A DNA stretch of 64,000 nt from Candidatus Woesearchaeota archaeon (lineage in GTDB: Archaea > Nanobdellota > Nanobdellia > SCGC-AAA011-G17 > GW2011-AR18): the NCBI GenBank assembly GCA_016179945.1, contig JACPCE010000001.1, positions 9,202 to 73,201 on the forward strand. Reading direction: 5' to 3'. A program made the translations under genes and the position numbers. The notes under the pieces were generated by a model. That model searched no databases and had not been told where the DNA came from. It saw nothing but the letters and a program-made list of their open reading frames with translations. This document shows positions 56,544 to 64,000 of the stretch, piece after piece. Within the stretch, counting starts at the first letter, position 1. Each line of letters begins with the position of its first letter.

Positions 56544-57293
56544 ATGAAATTTCCATTTACAATAACATTTAAAACTTATATAGGTATAATTTTATTTATT
56601 CTAACAATAATTGGAATAATAAAAAATGGAGTTTTGCAAACTATTCCTCAATTAATAATAACAATAGCAACAACAATAATACTGGATGTTTCTATAAATT
56701 ACATAAAAGAAAAAGAATTCATTCTTCCAGATTCAGCAACAATATCTGCTTTATTTATAGCAACAGCATTATCAATAAATCAAGTATGGTACATTCCAAT
56801 TACAGCAGGAGCAATAGGAATATTATCAAAGCACATAATAAAAATAAAAGAAAAACATATTTTCAACCCAGCAGTATTTGGTTTATTTGTAGTAATTTTA
56901 TTATTTGACGTAAAGATAGAATGGTGGGCTTCTCAAATTACTTGGTTAGTAATAATTTTAGGTTTATTTATTTCATACAAAGTTAAAAGATTTCATATCA
57001 CAATACCTTATTTCTTAACAAGTATTATAATTTCATTAATATATAATTTAATAGCAAAAAATCCAATCACAATTGGTAATTTATTATTTAGTACAAACTT
57101 ATTTTTCATGTTTTTTATATTGGTAGAACCTATGACTGCTCCAACAAACAATAAAGGAAAAATTATTTATGGAATATTAGCAGCAATATTTTCTTTTTTA
57201 ATATTAATATTTATTCCAAGATTTGAACCTTCAATATTTGCTCTAGTAATAACTGACCTATCTGTTCCATTATTAAATAAACTAGAAAGTTAA
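56544..57293 (+). CDS. RnfD/NqrB family membrane protein (stand-alone)
   Basis: SATISALFI, SKHII...HIFNPAVFG, WW, FFILVEPMTAP. Confidence 0.8.
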   Translation: MKFPFTITFKTYIGIILFILTIIGIIKNGVLQTIPQLIITIATTIILDVSINYIKEKEFILPDSATISALFIATALSINQVWYIPITAGAIGILSKHIIKIKEKHIFNPAVFGLFVVILLFDVKIEWWASQITWLVIILGLFISYKVKRFHITIPYFLTSIIISLIYNLIAKNPITIGNLLFSTNLFFMFFILVEPMTAPTNNKGKIIYGILAAIFSFLILIFIPRFEPSIFALVITDLSVPLLNKLES

Positions 57294-57304
57294 TCTTAGT
57301 AAAT

Positions 57305-57670
57305 CTAAAGCCTTCTAACTCTTGATATAGCTTTTCCTGAACTAGAAACTTCTTCTAAATTTCCAAAAGAATAATGAGGTATTGGTTTTTCTCCACCTAA
57401 ACTTAAATATAATACTCCAAACAATTGAGATTCAGAAGAAAGTTTATAATAATGAAAAGCCTGTCTTAAAGGTTCTCTGAAAACCTCACGAACTAGTCGA
57501 CTAGCTAAATCTTTAGTTTCAATATTTGGGTAATGGATAACAGATTGCCCTTCAGCAGATTCATGGAGGGCAAATAAAAGTTTATAAATTAGCTCAGAAG
57601 CATGATAATTATTAACAATTCCTCGTGCTATTTTTACTACTCTTTCTTTATAAATTTGATTCACAACCAT
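57305..57670 (-). CDS. Hypothetical protein
   Basis: 121 aa ORF with upstream TATA-like box. Confidence 0.5.
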   Translation of the reverse strand: MVVNQIYKERVVKIARGIVNNYHASELIYKLLFALHESAEGQSVIHYPNIETKDLASRLVREVFREPLRQAFHYYKLSSESQLFGVLYLSLGGEKPIPHYSFGNLEEVSSSGKAISRVRRL

Positions 57671-57734
57671 AAAGAAAATAAAATATAAGAATTTAAAAAT
57701 CTTCCTATTATTACAACTAATAAGTAATACTAAA

Positions 57735-58826
57735 TTAATCTAAAAATTCCTTATTCTTTATTTTATCAGGCAAGTATTTTTCAGATACAAAACTTATATC
57801 CCTGGCACTTAAAGCTTGAATTTCAACTTTAGCTTTAAATTCCTTCATCATTTTAAATTGTCTCTGCCAAGCCTTATTATCCTTAAACCATTCATATTCA
57901 CTAACTTGTTTTATCCTTGCATAATCTTTTTCATCTAATTTAATAAAATGCTTTTTAAGATCATATTTATCTATATCATCCATTGTAATTCCTACATATT
58001 TAACACCCGGTATTGTTAATCTCTCAGAAGCATGAGCTAAAGCTATAGAACCATACTTAATTACAGAGTAAATATATGCACCATAGATATCTCCATCGCA
58101 TAAAACATAAATTGGTAATTCATATTCTTCATATAATCTTTGTAATAGTCTTCTTATTCCTCTAGTGGTTTGTCCTTGTGAAGAAACAATTATTGCATTA
58201 TTTTTTAGCCAATATTTATCTTCATTCAAACGTTCCCAAACAGCAGCCTTCTCCATATAAATTATATATTTAGCTTCAACTTTTTTGAATTTTATATCTT
58301 CAACATTAGAAGGTATTGCCCAACCACCAGATCCTAACTTGCTCCAATCAATTGTATCTCCCTTATCTTCAATAACAACTTTACCAGCAACGCTTCCATT
58401 TTTATTAGCATTTACGTGCAATTCCTCTCTTGACAATCCAGTTATAACTTCTAGATCTTCAATAGCCTTATCGCTTTCAGTCTGCTCATCAACTAAATTA
58501 ACATTTGTTCCTGGAATTGTTCTCTTAGTCATGTAAAAAACATCTCTAAGGCTAGAATGTTTTCCAGAACCCAAAAGCTTGTCTTTAATTACTGCTGCAA
58601 CCTCAACAGTCTGCAAGAATTTCTTAGCATGTGCAACATTGAAAAAAGATCTAGTACCCACCTTATCACCTAATTTCAGAGTTTTACTCTTAGGATCATA
58701 AACAATGTTGCTCAAATTTCTTAAAGGAAAAGTTATTTCAGGGTTTCTTCCTTTATTTATTTGATATACTAATTTATCACCAAGTTCTTTCAACGTTTTT
58801 TTTGGATCTTCTTTTTTAACTGCCAT
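57735..58826 (-). CDS. top6A: DNA topoisomerase VI subunit A
   Basis: SLRDVFY (catalytic Tyr), MEKAAV, DGDIYG TOPRIM, KVEIQAL. Confidence 0.96.
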   Translation of the reverse strand: MAVKKEDPKKTLKELGDKLVYQINKGRNPEITFPLRNLSNIVYDPKSKTLKLGDKVGTRSFFNVAHAKKFLQTVEVAAVIKDKLLGSGKHSSLRDVFYMTKRTIPGTNVNLVDEQTESDKAIEDLEVITGLSREELHVNANKNGSVAGKVVIEDKGDTIDWSKLGSGGWAIPSNVEDIKFKKVEAKYIIYMEKAAVWERLNEDKYWLKNNAIIVSSQGQTTRGIRRLLQRLYEEYELPIYVLCDGDIYGAYIYSVIKYGSIALAHASERLTIPGVKYVGITMDDIDKYDLKKHFIKLDEKDYARIKQVSEYEWFKDNKAWQRQFKMMKEFKAKVEIQALSARDISFVSEKYLPDKIKNKEFLD

Positions 58827-60462
58827 TTAAATCACCTAAAGTACTTTGTTTCTCACCATATGCAACATTCTTTCCTTTTATTTCTGTTTTCTCAGCTTCT
58901 TTAACATCAGACAATAAATCTTTCATATTCTTCTTTAAAACTTTCTCCAATTCTAATTTTATTACTTCTTTTTTCTCACCACTTAACTCTGAAAGTGATG
59001 CAGCCAATTCAGGAATATATTTTTCAAACAAATTTATTCTTTCTTGCTGTTCTCTTGCTTTTACATTTTTCCTAATATATGAAGCCATTTGTCTTCCAGC
59101 TTCTTGTAATGCTAATTTCATCTCTTTGATGATTTCAGGATAATGTGCAATAGCTTCCTTAGCTTCTGATGTAAATGGAACCCATACACTATTCATATGA
59201 AGAACAACAACAACAGGGCCAACAGGAATACTTTCTTTGCTTTGACTCAAACCATAGCCTTTCCAAGCAGTATCTACAATTGCCTCGGTAGTTGCACATG
59301 CTCCTTGCTGGTATAATAATGGAACTCTATTTGCGAATCTCATAATCTTAACTGACTCTTCTTTTTCTAAACTACCACCATACGCAAGTCCTATTTCGAT
59401 TAAAAAAGGATTTCCTCTATAAACTGATGGTGGTCTTGTTGCTGCACAATAAAATTCTGCATTTATCTCTTTTTTTAAACCCTTAATCAAAGCTTCTTCT
59501 CCTAAAGGAATTAAACAATCAGTAGGCGGAGCAATTATTTTAGTATTTAGTATTGAATTGTATAAAGCCTCAGCCTCATCTCTTGCAATAGTACTTGGTC
59601 TTGCCCTTGGATTTACTTTTGCTTTATCACAAATTTCTTGAGCTAATCCCTGACTTATTCTTGAAAAATCATTTTGTAAAAAACTAGAAACACTTCCAGT
59701 AGTTGTACTATGTAACATTCTTATTAAAACACCCAACTCAACACCATAAGGATGGGGCTTAATTTCTTTTGCTTCTTTAGGAAGTTCAGTTATGCCTCTT
59801 GCATAAGTTAAAGTTTCTTTTTCAGGAGTTTTATATGTAATTTGAGCATGAGGATTTATTAATGCAATTTCTTTTATATATTCATCAACACTTTGTTTTC
59901 CTTTTTGATAAGTCCCTTGTAATTCAATCTCTATTCTAGTTCCATGTTCTTTTTTCCACTCAACAGTTTTATCTTCTTTTATTATTGGTTCATTTCTCTG
60001 TGTATCTAAATGAATTTCAAAATAATGTGCTTGATGTTTTGGACCTATTCTAGAAGTAACATGCATTCCCTTGCCTGTTGTTAATTGTCCATAAAGTAGT
60101 ACTGCACTTATGCCGATTCCCTGCTGCCCTCTTGAAACTCTCAACCTATGAAACTTGCTACCATACAATAATTTACCAAATATTTTAGGTATTTGTTCTT
60201 TAACAATTCCAGGACCATTATCTTCAACTATGACTTTAAACCTATCTTCTTTTAATTGTTGTAGCTCAACATAAATATCAGGAATAATTCTCGCTTCTTC
60301 GCACGCATCTAAACTATTATCTACTGCTTCTTTTACAGCCATCAACAAAGCTTTTCTAGGATTATCAAAGCCTAACAAATGTCTATTCTTAGAAAAAAAT
60401 TCTGAAACAGAAATCTCTCTTTGTTTCTCAGCCATTTCATGTGCTTTAGTTCTCTCAGCCAT
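58816..60462 (-). CDS. top6B: DNA topoisomerase VI subunit B
   Basis: [34 protein letters not shown]; likely ATG 60462. Confidence 0.97.
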   Translation of the reverse strand: MAERTKAHEMAEKQREISVSEFFSKNRHLLGFDNPRKALLMAVKEAVDNSLDACEEARIIPDIYVELQQLKEDRFKVIVEDNGPGIVKEQIPKIFGKLLYGSKFHRLRVSRGQQGIGISAVLLYGQLTTGKGMHVTSRIGPKHQAHYFEIHLDTQRNEPIIKEDKTVEWKKEHGTRIEIELQGTYQKGKQSVDEYIKEIALINPHAQITYKTPEKETLTYARGITELPKEAKEIKPHPYGVELGVLIRMLHSTTTGSVSSFLQNDFSRISQGLAQEICDKAKVNPRARPSTIARDEAEALYNSILNTKIIAPPTDCLIPLGEEALIKGLKKEINAEFYCAATRPPSVYRGNPFLIEIGLAYGGSLEKEESVKIMRFANRVPLLYQQGACATTEAIVDTAWKGYGLSQSKESIPVGPVVVVLHMNSVWVPFTSEAKEAIAHYPEIIKEMKLALQEAGRQMASYIRKNVKAREQQERINLFEKYIPELAASLSELSGEKKEVIKLELEKVLKKNMKDLLSDVKEAEKTEIKGKNVAYGEKQSTLGDLNGS

Positions 60463-60550
60463 CTTTTTCAAAAACTGTTTCAAAGCAACTTGCTTATAAA
60501 GTTTGCTCTGAAAAATCAATTATTTTTCTTCATCTAAATTTTCATAAGAA

Positions 60551-61486
60551 TTAACTCTGTAATACAATTATTCTATCAAAACCTTTACCTAAAATGCTCT
60601 TAAAATTTATTTTAAAGACTTTAAAATTTAATATCTCTTGCATTTTATCAATATTAGCATTACGAGATGGAGGGGGAATGCCTTTAATTTTATAAAGGTC
60701 ATTATTAGAGCAATAACAATAATAAAATATTATCCCATTATAAGAAAGCAATTTTCTTAATTCATTAAGAGTGTGATAAAATATTCCAAATGGATCAATA
60801 ATTTTATTTTTCTTAAGATAACGACCAAAGAAATAATTAGGTATATTAGATAAGTTAATTATTTCAAATTTATCTTTAGATATTAATTTATTAGATGAAA
60901 TACTAACAAAATCTGAATTAATAAATCTAAAATTTTTCGTAAATAATATATTCCTAAGTTTAAAATACTCTTTTTCATTTTTTAAATATAAATTTATTAA
61001 TTTTAAATTGCACTTCATTTTAGACCTCTGTCTAAAATATTTACATGACTTCACCAACTTGGTGCCAGAGAAATTATATTTATTATATAAACGATCAAAA
61101 AATATTAATGTCCTCTTATCTAAGGATGATCTTATTTTTTTATATAATTTATAATTCAAACTAGAATTTTCCATTTTTCTACCAAAATATATTAAAAATT
61201 CTTTATAAGTAAATATCTTTATAGCTGCAATTTTAAGTCTAATAATGAACTCAGATCTAATATTCAGATCAAAACCTACAACTTCCTTAGCTCCAAGCAA
61301 ATAAGCATTCAAAACTTGATCACCTGATCCACAAGTAGTTAATACATTTTTATTTTTTATATTTAACTTAGAATAATATGAAGTAACCATTTCTGTTGAA
61401 TAAATATACATTGGAGCAATAGAACCCATTATCTGCTCTTTTTTAGTATTTACAATCATATTCTCTTTTTTAATTTTAAGTTCCAT
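60551..61486 (-). CDS. DUF3419/BtaA-like SAM-utilising protein
   Basis: IYSTE, VLTTCGSGDQVLN, VVGFDLN, INLSNI; likely ATG 61486. Confidence 0.65.
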   Translation of the reverse strand: MELKIKKENMIVNTKKEQIMGSIAPMYIYSTEMVTSYYSKLNIKNKNVLTTCGSGDQVLNAYLLGAKEVVGFDLNIRSEFIIRLKIAAIKIFTYKEFLIYFGRKMENSSLNYKLYKKIRSSLDKRTLIFFDRLYNKYNFSGTKLVKSCKYFRQRSKMKCNLKLINLYLKNEKEYFKLRNILFTKNFRFINSDFVSISSNKLISKDKFEIINLSNIPNYFFGRYLKKNKIIDPFGIFYHTLNELRKLLSYNGIIFYYCYCSNNDLYKIKGIPPPSRNANIDKMQEILNFKVFKINFKSILGKGFDRIIVLQS

Positions 61487-61488
61487 AC

Positions 61489-62022
61489 TTAATACATACT
61501 CACCCTCATCTGTTTTCTTTGTTTTTGCAGCCAAGCATAAACAGTTGAATGCCTATTGCCACTTAATAAACTTTCAAATGCTTTCCTAGCCAAAGCAACA
61601 CCTTCAAAACTACCAATCATTCCAATAGTCTTTCCATAAACAACAATTTTAGTGATGGTTAACACTTCTATAGTTTTTCTTGCCTTTCCACCAGTACCAA
61701 TTACTCTCGCTTTAACCCTGGCCAAATTAGATTTAGAATCACCTGTAAAATCAGAAATATCTAAAATTTCAAGATAATTATCTTCATCTAGTAAATCAAA
61801 AGCAAATTCTGGATTAAACCCCCTTCCTATAGCTCTAACAATATTCTGAGCATTTAATAATTTTAAACTATCATTACCTTCTAAAAAAACATCGCCTTCT
61901 TTAGAATCTATCTCAATATTAACTTCCAGTGCTTTTTCTATTTTCCTTTTTACACTGCCTTTAATTCCAACCAATACAGCAACCCTATCCTTGGGTATTT
62001 TAATTTCATAACTAAATTCCAT
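61489..62022 (-). CDS. KH-domain ribosome biogenesis factor Dim2/Pno1
   Basis: IPKDRVAVLVG, AIGRGF, RVIGTGGKAR, VYGKT, HSTVY. Confidence 0.93.
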   Translation of the reverse strand: MEFSYEIKIPKDRVAVLVGIKGSVKRKIEKALEVNIEIDSKEGDVFLEGNDSLKLLNAQNIVRAIGRGFNPEFAFDLLDEDNYLEILDISDFTGDSKSNLARVKARVIGTGGKARKTIEVLTITKIVVYGKTIGMIGSFEGVALARKAFESLLSGNRHSTVYAWLQKQRKQMRVSMY

Positions 62023-62097
62023 AAAATAAATCAAATAATAGGTTTTAAAACTCTTTCCATAGATACTTTTATATATTTTAAAAAAAACTAAAAAATA

Positions 62098-62502
62098 ATG
62101 GGTTTAGCAAGAAAAAAGCCGGATATAACAATACTTCCAGAAACAATAATATTATTAAGAGAAATAGAGAAGAAATTTCTTTCATTTGTAGATACATTAG
62201 CAAGACTTAAAAAAACAAGAGACCAAAGAGAAATAAAAACAGCTTGTGTATCTTTAATTAGCATAAAAACAAATTTAAAAGAAATAATAAAAGCAGACTT
62301 GGAAGTTTCTTATGATATTATAAAAACAAGATTTGACAAGCTATACTTATTTTTAGAAAAAAATTTAATTTTACTAGACCGCCAAAGAGAAGTAAATAAT
62401 GCAATAAATGATATAAAAGATAATCTAAACCCGATATTATCTCTGTATTATTCTTTGGGTGGCGACAGAACCGAAATAAATAAAGAATTATCTAAGATTT
62501 GA
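62098..62502 (+). CDS. Hypothetical helical protein inserted between rio1 and dim2
   Basis: 134 aa ORF with TTTATATA box upstream. Confidence 0.5.
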   Translation: MGLARKKPDITILPETIILLREIEKKFLSFVDTLARLKKTRDQREIKTACVSLISIKTNLKEIIKADLEVSYDIIKTRFDKLYLFLEKNLILLDRQREVNNAINDIKDNLNPILSLYYSLGGDRTEINKELSKI

Positions 62503-63184
62503 TAATATTATCAAAATCAAGTTTCAAACCAAACTTATTAAAATATTTCTCTAAATTTTTAATATCTCTATCTAACAGTTCATTTACATTTGGATAATCT
62601 AACTTTACACCATGACTTAAATCTATTATATAAGGAATATCATTATGATTCAAAATATTAAACTCACTTAAATCACCATGAATAAATCCATTTTTATAAA
62701 ATAAATTTAAATTTTTTATAAGTTCTTTGGAAAATTTTTTAATATTTTTAGGTGGTTTATTCTTCAATCTTGGTGCAGGTTCATTACATCTGCCAATTAA
62801 TTCCATAACTAAAACATTATCCTTCACAGCATAAGGTGTTGGAACTCTGGCTCCTGCTTGGCTAGCAACCAATAAATTTCTGTATTCTCTTTGAGCCCAT
62901 GCAGATATTACTTTTCTTCTTTGGTTGCTCAAACCCTTAAACCTAGGATCTGGTCCAATATATTTATACATCCTTTTAAAGTCTGCATTATTAACCCTAT
63001 AAATCTTAATTATTACATAACTGCCATCTTTTTTAACTGCTGTAAAAACATTGCTTTCTTTTCCAATACTAACAGGACTTTTTAATTCATCAAAATAACC
63101 CTCGCTTTCAAGTTTAAACAAAACCCTTAATGTTTTCTCATCAAAAACGTTCTTGTAAGTTTTAAATTTTTATTTAGATTGCAT
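62492..63184 (-). CDS. rio1: Rio1 serine kinase with an in-frame TAA at codon 5 (63170-63172)
   Basis: GKESNVF, KIYR, WAQREYRNL, IHGDLSEFNIL, IIDLSH; upstream frame reads MQSK*KFKTYKNVFDEKT. Confidence 0.9.
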
Positions 63185-63235
63185 AAAATACTAAAACCAG
63201 AAACATATATAAATATTAGTAAATGTTAATAAAAA

Positions 63236-63556
63236 ATGCCTGTAGAAGAAGCAATAGAATTATTAAAACAAATTGACTTTAAAGAAATTAATTCTCTGTG
63301 TTCAAAAAATAATATTAATGGAAGAATTGATGACTTCACAAAAAGAAAATTTGATATGGCACTAAGAACAGCTTACCTTTTAATTACCCAACCAATAGAA
63401 ATAGCAATTTCTAGACAAACAAAGATGGATTCTATAAACTCATTAAAGGATGCAAAGAAAGTTTTAGATTCTCTTTATTTAATAACTAAAGATCAAAAAT
63501 ACAAAAATTATATAGATGGAATAAATGAAATATCTTCTCATAGTAAACTAAAATAA
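63236..63556 (+). CDS. Hypothetical protein
   Basis: 106 aa ORF with TATA box upstream. Confidence 0.5.
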   Translation: MPVEEAIELLKQIDFKEINSLCSKNNINGRIDDFTKRKFDMALRTAYLLITQPIEIAISRQTKMDSINSLKDAKKVLDSLYLITKDQKYKNYIDGINEISSHSKLK

Positions 63557-63557
63557 A

Positions 63558-63998
63558 TTATTTTTTAGATAAAAAAGCATTACGTTCTTCGATGCATTTT
63601 TTGTAATATTTCCCAATTTTTGATTGCGGCATTTCATCAAGAATTTTCTCAATTAAATTTAACATTTTTTTATTAGAAGTTTGAATTCTATTTATAATTT
63701 CTTTCTTTTCTTTTTCTAATTTATTATATTTAGCTTCTAAACTATTATACTCCCTTTCCCTTTCTTTCCCTCCTTCTATTCGATCAAACATCATATGAGT
63801 ATCTCTAGAAATTGCACCTTGAGTAGCTCTTATTTTATCACTATCAATATTTATACTAGAAAATTCATGAAATAATTGCTCTAATGATTTAAAATCTTCT
63901 TCCGCCAACATTTTTACTTTCTCAAGATTATTATCTTTAACTTTATAATATTGAGCTAGGACATTTAATTCTTGTTCAGAGAGTTCTACATACCCTTT
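63558..63998 (-). CDS. Hypothetical coiled-coil protein (5' end outside window)
   Basis: Frame remains open upstream of 63911 to the window edge (KGYVELSEQELNVLAQYY...). Confidence 0.5.
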   Translation of the reverse strand, partial: KGYVELSEQELNVLAQYYKVKDNNLEKVKMLAEEDFKSLEQLFHEFSSINIDSDKIRATQGAISRDTHMMFDRIEGGKEREREYNSLEAKYNKLEKEKKEIINRIQTSNKKMLNLIEKILDEMPQSKIGKYYKKCIEERNAFLSKK

Positions 63999-64000
63999 TA

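Noticed and set aside
63170-63172. Stop-codon reassignment (TAA read-through)
   Set aside because: TAA, TAG and TGA all terminate conserved genes at expected positions in this window.
1-64000. CRISPR array, rRNA genes, IS transposase, integrase or provirus
   Set aside because: No repeat-spacer periodicity, no long GC-rich rRNA-like tract, and no transposase, integrase or capsid signatures or duplicated tRNA 3' ends noticed.

Overview
AT-rich archaeal genome segment, most consistent with a DPANN lineage (Woesearchaeota/Pacearchaeota-like). The evidence is a fused PriS-PriL primase, mostly leaderless genes with TTTATA boxes about 25 nt upstream, archaeal r-proteins, Topo VI and a class II LysRS. 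It holds the large uL3-to-secY ribosomal protein cluster, eS19/eL39/eL31, Cbf5, three aminoacyl-tRNA synthetases (ValRS, LysRS, MetRS), Rio1-Dim2-Top6BA, Hjc, a small histone, surface proteins and a Fic / ADP-ribosylhydrolase-HD / nucleoside-phosphorylase island. Most notable, and absent from the ORF track: (1) short leaderless leader peptides ending in cognate-codon runs upstream of valS (...FVVVV*) and of the metG transcription unit (...AMSMMF*). The two share an RNA architecture, making a candidate ribosome-mediated attenuation system for archaeal tRNA synthetases. (2) Five tRNA genes carry 11 BHB-type introns (two tRNAs have three each) and sit among intact and decayed free-standing endonuclease genes. 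Three conserved genes (lysS, rnp1, rio1) carry lesions that probably reflect assembly or sequencing errors. All calls are from manual reading; no searches were run.
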